Shown piece by piece: positions 29,768-40,439 of a DNA stretch of 64,000 nucleotides. Numbering within the stretch: the first letter of the stretch is position 1; the number at the start of each line of letters is the position of its first letter. The stretch is taken from the NCBI GenBank assembly GCA_002747175.1, contig PDTK01000031.1, positions 30,304-94,303 of the forward strand. The letters are read 5' to 3'. This stretch comes from Deltaproteobacteria bacterium (GTDB lineage: Bacteria; Desulfobacterota; Desulfobacteria; Desulfobacterales; Desulfosarcinaceae). The notes under the pieces were generated by a model. It had not been told where the DNA came from. It saw only the letters and a program-made list of their open reading frames with translations, and did no database searches. Made by a program: the position numbers and the translations under genes.

Positions 29768-31540
29768 ATGGAATTCCTTTTTAAATTTACCCTGGAGGAG
29801 CGCCACCGGCAGGTCCTCTCTTTAATCCGCAAAAACAGCGGGCGCCTAATCCTGGCCGCACTCTCCAGTCTGATGATATCAACGGCCACCACAGCCATGG
29901 GCTACCTGATCAAACCGGTGATCGACGAAATCTTCGTCAACCGCGATGCCGCCGGTCTGATCATCATGCCCCTGGTGGTTATCTGCGTTTTTCTCATAAA
30001 CGGTCTGGGCCGCTACGGACAGGAGTATTTCATGAACTACGTGGGCGAAGATATCATCCGTCGCCTGCGCAACCGTCTGTACGACCGCATCCAGGATCTA
30101 TCCCTGGCCTTTTTCCAGCGGGAACGCACCGGAACGCTCATGTCGCGCATCACCAACGACGTCAACATTCTAAAATCCATGGTGTCCACAGCCGTGACCA
30201 GCTCCTTGCGAGACATCGCCACCATCGTGGGCCTGACGGCGGTGATCTTTTACCAGAACTGGCGCATGGCCATCATCGCCTTCTTCATCCTGCCGGTGGC
30301 CTTCTGGCCCATTTTTATACTGGGCCGTAAAGTCCGCCGGGTGAGCACCGGCTGTCAGGAGGCCATGGCCGACATGAATGCTTTTTTACATGAAACCTTT
30401 GCCGGTAACAAAATCGTCAAGGCCTTCGGTATGGAGGAACACGAAAAAGAACGGTTCTTCGCCCGCACCCAACAGCTTTTCGACCTTGAAATAAAAGGCG
30501 TCAAGGTCCGGGCCCTGTCCTCGCCGATCATGGAATTCTTCGGCGGCCTGGGCATCGCCTTCGTCATCTGGTACGGCGGCTCAGAGGTGATTGCCGGCAA
30601 GACCACCCCGGGAACCTTCATGAGTTTTCTGGCCTGCGTGCTCTTGCTATACGATCCGGTCAGGAAGCTGAGTCACCTGAACAACACCATCCAGCAAGGC
30701 ATGGCCGCCGTAGACCGGATCTTCGACATCATCGAAACACGGACCGATATCCACGATCCCGTGGTCAGCCAACCCATTGCCATGACCTCCCATGACCTGC
30801 GTTTTGAAGGGGTACGCTTCAGTTACGGAGAAGAAGATATTCTCAAGGGCATCAATTTGACCGTCGAACGCGGCCAGGTCCTGGCACTGGTAGGCATGAG
30901 CGGCGGGGGCAAAAGCACCCTGGCCAATCTGGTGCCGCGTTTTTTCGATGTCACCGAAGGCCGCATCCTCATCGACGGCACCGATATCCGCGACTATCGC
31001 GTGGCCGATCTGCGCCGCCAGATCGCCATGGTGACCCAGGAACCGATCCTGTTCAATGAAACCGTGCGAGACAACATCACCTACGGCCGCACCGGTGCCA
31101 CGGACGACCAGATTGTCGCCGCTGCCAAAGCGGCCTTCGCCCACGATTTCATCCTGCGCTTTCCCAACGGGTACGATACGGTTATCGGTGAGTTGGGCGG
31201 CCGGCTGTCAGGCGGGGAGAAACAGCGCCTGTGCATTGCCCGGGCCCTGATCAAGGATGCACCGATCCTCATTCTGGACGAAGCCACCTCGTCACTGGAC
31301 TCAGAAGCCGAAGCCGTGGTCCAGAAAGCCCTGGAGAATCTCATGCGCGGCCGCACAACCCTGGTCATCGCTCACCGGCTCTCCACCATTGCCGGCGCTG
31401 ATCGCATCGCCGTCATCACCAAAGGGACGGTGGTCGAAGACGGCATCCATACCTCACTGTTAGCCCGTCAGGGCGAATATTTCAAACTTTATCGGAGACA
31501 GTTCGGTTCGTACGGCCCGAATGGAGCCCGAAAGCAATGA
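29768..31540 (+). CDS. msbA: Lipid A/LPS ABC exporter, MsbA-like
   Basis: TM domain, GMSGGGKST, LSGGEKQR, DEATSSLD; within LPS cluster. Confidence 0.82.
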   Translation: MEFLFKFTLEERHRQVLSLIRKNSGRLILAALSSLMISTATTAMGYLIKPVIDEIFVNRDAAGLIIMPLVVICVFLINGLGRYGQEYFMNYVGEDIIRRLRNRLYDRIQDLSLAFFQRERTGTLMSRITNDVNILKSMVSTAVTSSLRDIATIVGLTAVIFYQNWRMAIIAFFILPVAFWPIFILGRKVRRVSTGCQEAMADMNAFLHETFAGNKIVKAFGMEEHEKERFFARTQQLFDLEIKGVKVRALSSPIMEFFGGLGIAFVIWYGGSEVIAGKTTPGTFMSFLACVLLLYDPVRKLSHLNNTIQQGMAAVDRIFDIIETRTDIHDPVVSQPIAMTSHDLRFEGVRFSYGEEDILKGINLTVERGQVLALVGMSGGGKSTLANLVPRFFDVTEGRILIDGTDIRDYRVADLRRQIAMVTQEPILFNETVRDNITYGRTGATDDQIVAAAKAAFAHDFILRFPNGYDTVIGELGGRLSGGEKQRLCIARALIKDAPILILDEATSSLDSEAEAVVQKALENLMRGRTTLVIAHRLSTIAGADRIAVITKGTVVEDGIHTSLLARQGEYFKLYRRQFGSYGPNGARKQ

Positions 31541-31561
31541 ACAAGCATAAGAGCCCGGGAT

Positions 31562-32329
31562 TCAATAGCGTCGCAATTCCCTGGCCTTGGCGTACTTGAA
31601 GAACGACCCGCCGGCATTGAGCAGGGCGATCACCAGACCATCAAGTCCCTCCACAATTCCGAGTTCCAGCAAATAGTTGCGGATGAAGGTCCACGATCCG
31701 TGTAACGGCGGTGCCCACCACCCTACCCGCCTGCCATCGGCATAAATCTGCATGGCGGACAGGTTGGAGTAGCGCTGCATTTTTTCAACCAGGTCGGCGT
31801 AATTGCGGAAGCTGTGATGGGTGAGGATGGCATCCAGATCCATGACCGGCCCGTCCGCAGCCCAGTGTTCGTGGACCAGGTGCTCGCTGAAACGGCCTCG
31901 GGTTCGGTTGACCAGTCGCGTCACCCGGTCGGGCCACCATCCACAGCGGCGGATCCAGCGACCGTGAAAGAAGTTTTTGCGTAGCAGGCTGTAAGCCGCC
32001 GCATCGGTCGGCGATTCAGTCACCAACCTGGCGATGTGACCGGCCGTCGCGGCGGGGACTCGCTCGTCGGCATCCAGAATCAATACCCAGTCATGCCGGG
32101 CCAGATCCACCGCCATCTGTTTTTGTTGTGAAAACCCCTGCCAGGGACGCGAAACCGCATGGCAACCGCGGGAAGCGGCAATCTCAAGGGTGCGGTCCCG
32201 GCTGCGGCTGTCGACGACCACCACCACCTCATCGGCAAAATCGAGTCCATCCAGGCAGACACCGATACGATCCGCCTCGTCTCTGGCCACGATGGCAACG
32301 GAAAGGGGGACGATTCGCTCAGGAGCCAT
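31562..32329 (-). CDS. GT2 glycosyltransferase (KdtX/WaaE-like)
   Basis: WVLILDADE, WWPD, VHE. Confidence 0.85.
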   Translation of the reverse strand: MAPERIVPLSVAIVARDEADRIGVCLDGLDFADEVVVVVDSRSRDRTLEIAASRGCHAVSRPWQGFSQQKQMAVDLARHDWVLILDADERVPAATAGHIARLVTESPTDAAAYSLLRKNFFHGRWIRRCGWWPDRVTRLVNRTRGRFSEHLVHEHWAADGPVMDLDAILTHHSFRNYADLVEKMQRYSNLSAMQIYADGRRVGWWAPPLHGSWTFIRNYLLELGIVEGLDGLVIALLNAGGSFFKYAKARELRRY

Positions 32330-32520
32330 GGATTCCCCCCGATTCGAAAACTGGCTGGGAACCAGTTACCTGGGCAATGGACGGTGCATCGGGGTCACCG
32401 CCAGAAGTCGAAAGGAACCTTGCCCGACCGCCGGTCCCTCCCCCCGGCAATGGCCATCGGGCGACGATCTTCGGGGACAAACAGAAAAAGGTCAGCACCA
32501 ACGCCACATACAGTTTTTTT

Positions 32521-33330
32521 TCACTGGCCCTGGTCGTCAGATCGCTGAACCAGTCCTTGAGGCGTAAAATAATCATCGGAATGGATCGCCTTGTTTAACC
32601 GATTGTCGTTTTCAGCCAATCGTTTACGGCTGTTGTCCGCATGCCAGAGGTGGAAACAGACCCCCATGAACGAATGTGTGCGCCGTTTCAATCCCAGTTT
32701 GTACAGCCGCACCACCAGCTCCGAATCCTCCCTTCCCCAGCCCTCGAAGGCTTCGTTGAATCCGTTCACGGCCACCAGATCCTCCCGAAATACCCCCAGA
32801 TTGCAGCTACGGGTTCCGGACAGGCCGGGTGAGACATGTGCCGGCAGCCAGGGCAGACGCATCAGGTGGTGGGCGTTGCCCAGCCGGCCGGTCATCAGAT
32901 ATTTAAGCAGCCGCCATGAGTCGTTGGCCTGCTCCCAGCCGAAGACATCGGCCAGCGCCTCGGTCACCAGAATCCGTTTGCCCTGAAAAAGGCAACCGCT
33001 CTTTGCCAGCCGCAGGTGGTCGGCAACAAAATGACGGCCGGGAACACAGTCGCCGTCAAGAAATATCACGTATGCACCGGTGGCACGCCGAATGGCAGCG
33101 TTTCTGATCCGGGCTGCCCTAAAGCCCCGGTCCGCGTGCCGGACATGTAACAACGGATAAGGCAAACGGTCGACCAGATCCGTGATGAGTCTCGTCGTTG
33201 CTTCGCCCGATCCGTCATCGGCCGCAATCACCTCATCGGCCATACGCGTCTGCCATGCCAGCCCCTTGAGCACCTGCTCCAGCGCATGTGGCCGGTTGTA
33301 GGTGGTGACAATGACAGAAACACGGTTCAC
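32521..33330 (-). CDS. GT2 glycosyltransferase
   Basis: SVIVTTYN, ADDGS, FLDGDC, GWGREDSE. Confidence 0.88.
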   Translation of the reverse strand: MNRVSVIVTTYNRPHALEQVLKGLAWQTRMADEVIAADDGSGEATTRLITDLVDRLPYPLLHVRHADRGFRAARIRNAAIRRATGAYVIFLDGDCVPGRHFVADHLRLAKSGCLFQGKRILVTEALADVFGWEQANDSWRLLKYLMTGRLGNAHHLMRLPWLPAHVSPGLSGTRSCNLGVFREDLVAVNGFNEAFEGWGREDSELVVRLYKLGLKRRTHSFMGVCFHLWHADNSRKRLAENDNRLNKAIHSDDYFTPQGLVQRSDDQGQ

Positions 33331-33334
33331 GAGG

Positions 33335-34393
33335 CTACACCCGGCTTTCCAATACTGGTTTCAAGGCGGCCAGCACCTGATCCACCGTGATATCGCGCAT
33401 ACAGCGGCACTGATGTGTATCGCACCGGCGTTTGAAGCAGGGGCTGCACGACGGTGCCGTGCGCACCACCGTATGCCCCATGCCATAGGGCCCGGTACGC
33501 CAGGGTGCAGTGGGGCCGAACAGGGCCACCACCGGCGTGTCCATGGCTGCGGCCAGATGCATGGGGCCAGTGTCGGTGGTCACCAGCAACGACGTTCGCC
33601 GGTAAAGCTCCGCCAGCATGGTCAAGGTGGTGCGCCCTGAAAGATCGACCGCCCGGGTGCGCATCATCTGGCGAATCGCGGCGATGGTTTCGCCATCCGC
33701 GGGTCCGCCGGTAAACACCACATCCACCCCGAGTTCGCTCACCAGCCGATCCGCCAATTGCGCAAAACGATCGTTGATCCAAAGTTTGGTCTTCCACAGG
33801 GCAACGGGGTTGATCGCCACCAGCGGGCGCGAACGAACAGCGCCCAGGGCGTTCAAAAGGCCATTGACCCGGCGGTGATCCGTTTCGGATATGGGAACAT
33901 CGTAAACCACGGATGAATGATTGATACCGATGGCCTTGAGCAGCATCAGTCCCCGGGTCAGCGCATGCACCTCCATATCCACCGGCGGTATACGCTCGTT
34001 GAGCAGCAGATAGCTGTACTCCTGGTGCTGCATGCCCCTATCGAAACCGACCTTGCGCCGGCCCCGGGCCAGAGCCACCAGCAGACCGCTTTTCAAAAGG
34101 GCCTGGAAATCAATGACCAGGTCATAGCGGATGTCGCGTAACTGCCGCCAGAAGTGCTTGATCTCTCCCCAGGCCTGCCGTCGTCCGGGCCCCTTAAGTT
34201 CCCTGATCCAGTGTTTGCGCCTGGATACAATCACCCGGTCCAGTGCCCGGTGGCCAATAACCAGATCGGCGGACGCCTCCTCGACAACCCAGGTGATGCG
34301 GCTGTCCGGAAAGTGCTCACGCAATGCGTTGAGCGCCGGAAGGGTATGAATCACGTCACCAATGGCGCTTAGTTTGACGATGAGGATATTCAT
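33335..34393 (-). CDS. GT9 LPS heptosyltransferase (WaaC-like)
   Basis: MNILIVKLSAIGDV, DFQALLKS, DTGPMHLAAA, LFGPT. Confidence 0.88.
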   Translation of the reverse strand: MNILIVKLSAIGDVIHTLPALNALREHFPDSRITWVVEEASADLVIGHRALDRVIVSRRKHWIRELKGPGRRQAWGEIKHFWRQLRDIRYDLVIDFQALLKSGLLVALARGRRKVGFDRGMQHQEYSYLLLNERIPPVDMEVHALTRGLMLLKAIGINHSSVVYDVPISETDHRRVNGLLNALGAVRSRPLVAINPVALWKTKLWINDRFAQLADRLVSELGVDVVFTGGPADGETIAAIRQMMRTRAVDLSGRTTLTMLAELYRRTSLLVTTDTGPMHLAAAMDTPVVALFGPTAPWRTGPYGMGHTVVRTAPSCSPCFKRRCDTHQCRCMRDITVDQVLAALKPVLESRV

Positions 34394-35436
34394 ACGAATC
34401 CCCTGACGGCATCGAAAACCATGTCTACACCAACCCGACGCATGCAATCCATGTGGCCCAGGGGGCACACCGGCTGCATGCAGGGGCTGCAGTCAACGGG
34501 CTCACGCACGATGCGGCTGCGCCGGCTCCAGGGGCTGGTGGTCGTGGAATTGGTCGATCCGAAAATCGCCACCACCGGGGTGTCCAATGCGGCGGCCACA
34601 TGCATCAGGCCTGAATCATTGGTCACGAAAGCCTGGCAGCGGTCAATCAGGGCCATGGCCTCGCCCAGGCTGGTACGCCCGCTCACATCGATGGCCGGCG
34701 CCTGCATGTGTCGCCTGACAGTGCGGCCCAGTTCCCGGTCCGCCGGACCACCGAATATCACCACCGTTGCCCCCAGCTCCCGGTAGAGCCGATCCCCCAG
34801 CTGTGCGTAGCGGTCGGGGAACCACTGTTTGGCCGGTCCGAAAGTGGCGCTGGGATTCAGTCCGATGCGCAGCGATCCGCCGCCCGGGTCGTGGGCCGCC
34901 AAAATATTTCGAGCCCGGTGACGCTGGTGGGAGCCAAGATGCAATTCCAGGCACCGCCCCCCTCCATGCAGGCCGGCCCCTTTGAGCATTTCCAGGTAGT
35001 AACCGGTCTGGTGGATGGACTTGATGGCTGGGGTGCAGCGCACCGCATGGGTCAGCAGCATCCGCCGCCCGTCGGTATCGAACCCGATGCGTCGCGGGAT
35101 ACCGGCCATGAAGGCCAGCAATGCCGCCTCACTGGCGTTTTGCAACAAAAAGGCCGTATCGAAATTATATCGCCGCAGGTCCCTGGCCAGACGGATGCGA
35201 CCGATCGTGCCCCGGTGCCGGCCCCGGGCGTCGTATGTGATGATCTCGTCCACGTAGGGATTATGGGTGAAAACCGGTGCTACCCATGGCTTGGCAAGCA
35301 GTCCGATATGGGCCTTGGGAAAATTGCTGCGGATGGCGCGTACGGCCGGCAGGGTCATCACGGCGTCGCCGATCCAGTTGGTGACGCGTATCAAGATGCG
35401 TTTCACGTCCGCACGCACGATCGGTTCAACGAACAC
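34390..35436 (-). CDS. waaF: LPS heptosyltransferase II
   Basis: NWIGDAVM, FGPAKQW, NDSGLMHVAAA. Confidence 0.9.
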   Translation of the reverse strand: MFVEPIVRADVKRILIRVTNWIGDAVMTLPAVRAIRSNFPKAHIGLLAKPWVAPVFTHNPYVDEIITYDARGRHRGTIGRIRLARDLRRYNFDTAFLLQNASEAALLAFMAGIPRRIGFDTDGRRMLLTHAVRCTPAIKSIHQTGYYLEMLKGAGLHGGGRCLELHLGSHQRHRARNILAAHDPGGGSLRIGLNPSATFGPAKQWFPDRYAQLGDRLYRELGATVVIFGGPADRELGRTVRRHMQAPAIDVSGRTSLGEAMALIDRCQAFVTNDSGLMHVAAALDTPVVAIFGSTNSTTTSPWSRRSRIVREPVDCSPCMQPVCPLGHMDCMRRVGVDMVFDAVRGFV

Positions 35437-35458
35437 GTCGACTCCTCGTCAATTTTCA

Positions 35459-36382
35459 TCAACCCCCGCCCGGCCAGGGGCAGTAAGGTCTGTTTTTCCA
35501 GCGCCGATGGACCCAGAACCATTGTTCCGGATGCCGCCGGATGCCATGCTCAATGGCCTTACTATAACTAAGCGTATTGACCTGAAGGTCTTTCGTCTTG
35601 TCACCGCTGGCGGCCAGCGGGATTTCCGGTCCCATGACAGCGCGGAAACCGTCGCCTTCACGGTAAAGAAAGGCAGGCAATACCGGACACCGGACCTTAC
35701 CTGCAATCAGGGCCACCCCATTGCTGGTGCAGGTCCGCCGGCCGAAAAAATCCACCCAAATGCCGTCATACCAGTCAACACTCTGGTCGATCAGGATGAC
35801 CACGGCCTCCTTGCGTTTGAGTGCCCGCATTACCGGCAGCATGGCATGGCTCGATTTTATAAGGCGGGCACCGAATCGGCTGCGAAGGCCGCCGAAGAAC
35901 AGATCCAATGGTTTGAAATCCAGCGGCCGATAAACGATATTGGTCTGAATGCCGGCTATTTTAGACACAAACGGCAGGATTTCCCAGTTTCCCAGATGGC
36001 CGGTGATGAATACGACCCCACGCCCCTTGGCCAGGGCCGTCCGGTAGTGTTCCAGTCCATCGATGCGGATACATCGGGCGATCTCGTCGACCGGAACGGC
36101 AATCGACCGGCCGATTTCGAACAGAATCTGCGCCATGTTGCGGTAGGCGTCTCTGGCCAGGAACCGGCGCTTGCCGGCGTCCAGTTCAGCGCCGAGGGCA
36201 AATGCCAGATTGTCCAGGGCGATCTTCCGACGTCTTCGATTCATCCGGAATCCGGCGTCCCCCAGCAGATTGCCCAGTCGCCGGGTCAGCGGCCTGGGAA
36301 GACGGCCGAGGCCTTGCATCATACGAAAAATCAACCGGCTCAGGGCCATATCCATTCGTGTGGGCGGTTGCTGTTTTTTCAT
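35459..36382 (-). CDS. Lipid A late acyltransferase (LpxL/HtrB family)
   Basis: TGHLGNWE, LIDQ, VDFFG, PEQWFWVHRRWK. Confidence 0.9.
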   Translation of the reverse strand: MKKQQPPTRMDMALSRLIFRMMQGLGRLPRPLTRRLGNLLGDAGFRMNRRRRKIALDNLAFALGAELDAGKRRFLARDAYRNMAQILFEIGRSIAVPVDEIARCIRIDGLEHYRTALAKGRGVVFITGHLGNWEILPFVSKIAGIQTNIVYRPLDFKPLDLFFGGLRSRFGARLIKSSHAMLPVMRALKRKEAVVILIDQSVDWYDGIWVDFFGRRTCTSNGVALIAGKVRCPVLPAFLYREGDGFRAVMGPEIPLAASGDKTKDLQVNTLSYSKAIEHGIRRHPEQWFWVHRRWKNRPYCPWPGGG

Positions 36383-36505
36383 GATCTCATTTGGGCGAAT
36401 GAATCAGGCGCCCACCGAAAAAGAGGCCGGTAACGCCCCATGCCTGTCGGTAAACAAACGATCCTGTGTTCCAGGCAGGCAATCAATCCGGATTCACCCT
36501 CAGTT

Positions 36506-37324
36506 TCAAGCGGCCAGATAGGCCACGGCGTTACTAAAAATGCCTATACCGGCACCCACGGTTTCCGACGCTCCCTGCTCCGTCTGGGGACGTTCATGGA
36601 CCCAGCGCGTCCAGTCCGGATGATTGGTGACATGGTTGTAAGCCTCCGGGTGGGGCATCAGGCCGAACACCCGTCCGCTGGGGTCGCATATACCGGCGAT
36701 ATCCATCAGCGAACCGTTGGGATTGTCCGGGAAAGCGCCACCGGCCGGCCGACCGCCTGCGGTGGCGTATTGCATGGCGATCTGGTGATTGTCGGCCAAT
36801 TGGTTCAAAATCGCCGGCTGGGTGTAGAACTTGCCCTCGCCGTGGCGCACGGGCAGCTCGATGCCGTCCATGCCCTTGGTGAAAACGCAGGGACTGTCCG
36901 GATCGACGATGAGGCGAACCCACTGGTCACGAAAATTGCCGCAATCGTTATAGGTCAGGGCCACGGTCCGTTGGGTGTAATCCCCGTCGATGCCCGGTAA
37001 AAGGCCTAGATTGACCAGGGTCTGAAAGCCGTTGCAGATACCGATGACCAGTTTGCCGGCGTCCACGAAATCGAGCAGGGCCTCCCCCAGATGGGTTTTG
37101 AGCCGCAGGGCCTGGATGACCCCCGCGCCGTGATCGTCCCCCCAACTGAATCCGCCGCCGAAGGCCAGGATCTGAAAATCTTTCAGGTCCACGTCACCGT
37201 CGATCAAGGTATTGATATGCGCCCGCCGGGCCTTGGCACCGGCCAGTTCGAAGGCATAGGCGGTCTCATGATCGCAGTTGAGTCCGAAACCGGTCAAGAC
37301 CAATACATTCGGTTTGATACTCAT
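36506..37324 (-). CDS. purQ: FGAM synthase glutaminase subunit
   Basis: GGFSWGD, GICNGFQ, HGEG, MPHPE. Confidence 0.95.
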   Translation of the reverse strand: MSIKPNVLVLTGFGLNCDHETAYAFELAGAKARRAHINTLIDGDVDLKDFQILAFGGGFSWGDDHGAGVIQALRLKTHLGEALLDFVDAGKLVIGICNGFQTLVNLGLLPGIDGDYTQRTVALTYNDCGNFRDQWVRLIVDPDSPCVFTKGMDGIELPVRHGEGKFYTQPAILNQLADNHQIAMQYATAGGRPAGGAFPDNPNGSLMDIAGICDPSGRVFGLMPHPEAYNHVTNHPDWTRWVHERPQTEQGASETVGAGIGIFSNAVAYLAA

Positions 37325-40317
37325 ATCAGATCTCCAAACGGCCCTTTCCAGGCCGACATGAGGGTGTCCAGGGAAAGGTCAACCAGACGCCGGCCGCCGG
37401 TCCCGTCAATCACCAGTTGCCGCGATGCCGCCACCTGCCCCACACAGGCCACAGGAAATCCGGCCATCTCCTGTTCAAAGGCCGCCGCACGGTCTGGCGC
37501 CACGGTAACGATGAAGCGACCGGCACTTTCCGAAAAAAGCAGCACGTCGTCCCGCTCAGTACCGTTGGTGGGCACCTTGGAAAGGTCAACGGTCAGTCCC
37601 AAATCGCCGCCCATGGCCACCAGCGCCAGATGAACGGCCAAGCCGCCACGATAGACACCGTGACAGGAAGCCGGCAGACCCATTCCGATGACCCTGGCGA
37701 GCCGTCGGTAGCAGGCGAAAAAACCGTTGGGATCGACCACGGGGACGTGCATCCCCACGTGCCCCAGGTGTTCGTAGTACTCCGATGCCCCCAATTCGTT
37801 GCGCGTGGCACCGATCACATAGAGCCGGTCATCGGACGCCTTGGCATCCATGGTCAAGCAGCGGGTCACGTCGTCGACCACGCCGCAGGTCGAAAATTGC
37901 AGGGTCTCCAGGGCGCTGATCTTGTGGGTTTCACCATAGCGTCCGGGCAAATGGCCGTCTACATACATGCTGTCCTTACCGGACAGCAAGGGGATGCCGT
38001 AAGCGTTGCACATGGCTTTGAGGGCCTGGCAGGACCGCACCAGTTGGGCGGCCTTGTGCTCGCCGTCGGGATTTTTGATGGGATCGTGCTGGATATTGGG
38101 CCAGCAAAAATTGTCCACCCCCCCCAGATGATCCGGATTGCCGCCCACGGCAATGGCCCGGCGGACCGCTTCGTCGATGGTACAAGTGGTCATGTGGTAG
38201 GCGTCGATGGCCGAATACATGGGAATCAGCGCCTGGGAGAAGACCAGCCCCTTGTTGGAAGTGAGTACCGGGCGGATCACAGCGGCATCGGAGGGCAGGT
38301 CCCTGCCGGCGCCTACCAGGGGTTTGATCACGCTGGTGCCCTGGACCTCATGGTCGTACTGGCGGCAGATCCATTCCTTGGAACTGATATTGGGGCGGCC
38401 GAGCATGTCCACGATGAGTGCGGACATATTTTGCGGCGGTCCCAGCACCGGTTCGCTCAAACCGCGCAGGGCCGGTGGCTGCCATACCGCATCGAATTCC
38501 CATTGGGGAAAGGCCGATGTGAGCAGATCCAGATCCACGTACGCGCAGGTCGCTCCGTCGTAGGTGATGTGGAGCTTGCCCGTGTCCGTGTATGTGCCGA
38601 TCACGGTGCTCTCCACCGCGTGCAGGCGGCTCAGGGCCATAAACCGTTCCAGATGAATCGGATCGATGACCACGGTCATGCGCTCCTGGGATTCGGATAT
38701 CCAGATTTCCCACTGGTCCAGGCCGTCGTATTTCAAGGGGACCTTTTCCAGCTGGATGTCGCAGCCGTTGGAAAACCGGGCACTCTCACCGATGGACGAG
38801 GAGAGGCCCCCACCGCCGTTGTCGGTGATGAAACGGATCAACCCCGCGTCGCGGGCCTCCAGCAGAAAATCCTGCATTTTCTTCTGGGTGTAGGGGTCGC
38901 CAATCTGGACGTGACCGGCCGGAGTGTTGGCCGAAAACGTGGCCGAGGAAGCCGTCACGCCATGAATGCCGTCCTTGCCCACGCGGCCGCCGCACATCAC
39001 GGCCAGGTCGCCGGGCAAAATGGTCTTCTGGTCGGACGGCTCGCCGCCGATTTGGGAGGGCATGATGCCCAGGGCCGTGACGAACACCAAGCACTTGCCC
39101 AGGTAGCCCGGATGGAACATTACCTGACCAAAGGGCGTGGGGATACCGCTTTTGTTACCGCCGTCACGCACGCCCTCAATCACCCCGTCCAGCAGACGCC
39201 GGGGATGCAGCCTGGGCTTCAGATCACCGTCGTAATCCCGCGGTCCCACGCAGTAGCCATAGCTGCCCATGATCAACCGGGAGCCCTTGCCCGTGCCCAT
39301 GGGGTCACGGTAGATGCCGACGATGCCGGTGATGGCCCCGCCGTAAGCCTCCATGTTGGATGGTGAGTTGTGGGTCTCGCCGGTGATCACGTAGTTGTTG
39401 TCTTCGTCGAAACGGCCCACGCCGGCATTGTCCCACAACACGGACACCACCCAGGGTTTCTTGTCCTTCAGCGCCAGCGTGGGATTTTGGATATAGGTCT
39501 TGAACAGGCTGTCGATGGTTTCCGACTGGCCGCTGCCCAGGTCCCGATAGTGAAAACGTCCACCAAAGGTGTTGTGATTGCAATGGTCGCTGCGTGCCTG
39601 GGAAATATACTCCAGTTCCAGATCCGTGGGATCGGATAACCCCACTTGACTGCGCTGCGCTTGAACCTCCGGTCTCAAAAAATAGGAACGGATGACCGGG
39701 ATGTCGGCCGGATTGAGGGAGAGGTTGCGTGCATCGCTGAGCCGCGCCAGGGTTTCGTCGCTGTCAATGGCCAGTGTGGCCACCTCGGGCCGGTGGTCGA
39801 GGATCACCCTGGGAATGACGTTGCCGATGCCCACGGCCGGATCCCACCCGTCCCGGTCGTACACGGCCCATTGCTGGATGATGTCATTGGCCAGCAGTTC
39901 GGCGGCGATGGCTTCGGCATCCTGTCTGCCGATACCGCTCCCCTTCAGGCAATAACGCCTGGATGTATAGATAGCCTCGCTTTCTTTGAGTTCCATACCC
40001 AGAACGTCCTGAATGGCTTCCACGGCCGTGGCGCCGGGATTGTCCCGCACCCCGGGCCTGAATCCCACCCAGATAATCCAGTCGAAATCCACCGCCAGGG
40101 GGGTAAGGGAGGAGACCTGGGTCACCGGATTGGTGAAGATCTGCGTGCGGGCCGTCTCCAGCTGATCCTCGCTCAGCTCGGCGTCGATGGTCACGATGTG
40201 AACCGATCGCACCCGATCCAGGTCGATGCCGAAGTAATCCCGGGCTTTGCGCCGCAGGCCCTCGCCCTCGGCATCCAAAAGCTGATCCTTCAATGTGATT
40301 TCGATTCGATGCGCCAT
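37321..40317 (-). CDS. purL: FGAM synthase, PurS-like N-terminus fused to PurL
   Basis: SDHCNH, ETHNSPS, DNGGGG, SESQERM, QYDHEV, SGKDS. Confidence 0.93.
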   Translation of the reverse strand: MAHRIEITLKDQLLDAEGEGLRRKARDYFGIDLDRVRSVHIVTIDAELSEDQLETARTQIFTNPVTQVSSLTPLAVDFDWIIWVGFRPGVRDNPGATAVEAIQDVLGMELKESEAIYTSRRYCLKGSGIGRQDAEAIAAELLANDIIQQWAVYDRDGWDPAVGIGNVIPRVILDHRPEVATLAIDSDETLARLSDARNLSLNPADIPVIRSYFLRPEVQAQRSQVGLSDPTDLELEYISQARSDHCNHNTFGGRFHYRDLGSGQSETIDSLFKTYIQNPTLALKDKKPWVVSVLWDNAGVGRFDEDNNYVITGETHNSPSNMEAYGGAITGIVGIYRDPMGTGKGSRLIMGSYGYCVGPRDYDGDLKPRLHPRRLLDGVIEGVRDGGNKSGIPTPFGQVMFHPGYLGKCLVFVTALGIMPSQIGGEPSDQKTILPGDLAVMCGGRVGKDGIHGVTASSATFSANTPAGHVQIGDPYTQKKMQDFLLEARDAGLIRFITDNGGGGLSSSIGESARFSNGCDIQLEKVPLKYDGLDQWEIWISESQERMTVVIDPIHLERFMALSRLHAVESTVIGTYTDTGKLHITYDGATCAYVDLDLLTSAFPQWEFDAVWQPPALRGLSEPVLGPPQNMSALIVDMLGRPNISSKEWICRQYDHEVQGTSVIKPLVGAGRDLPSDAAVIRPVLTSNKGLVFSQALIPMYSAIDAYHMTTCTIDEAVRRAIAVGGNPDHLGGVDNFCWPNIQHDPIKNPDGEHKAAQLVRSCQALKAMCNAYGIPLLSGKDSMYVDGHLPGRYGETHKISALETLQFSTCGVVDDVTRCLTMDAKASDDRLYVIGATRNELGASEYYEHLGHVGMHVPVVDPNGFFACYRRLARVIGMGLPASCHGVYRGGLAVHLALVAMGGDLGLTVDLSKVPTNGTERDDVLLFSESAGRFIVTVAPDRAAAFEQEMAGFPVACVGQVAASRQLVIDGTGGRRLVDLSLDTLMSAWKGPFGDLI

Positions 40318-40330
40318 GGGTTCCCTGATC

Positions 40331-40432
40331 AATTTTGAATTTTGAGTGTTGAGTTTTGAATTATTTTATGTTTTCGTTTTTATAATCAAAAACATACCTT
40401 CATTCAAAATTAAAAATTCATCATTCATAATC
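40331..40432. repeat. Convergent degenerate heptamer arrays
   Basis: TTTTGAA-like units (40333-40361) facing TTCAAAA/TTCAT-like units (40399-40430). Confidence 0.65.
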
Positions 40433-40439
40433 GCATTTT

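Noticed and set aside
32319-32576. 85-aa ORF between the two GT2 genes
   Set aside because: Overlaps both neighbours, low complexity, no family motif
37417-39366. 649-aa plus-strand ORF
   Set aside because: Antisense shadow of purL; the same applies to long ORFs opposite hflX, suhB, uvrA, hldE, lpxL and rpsB
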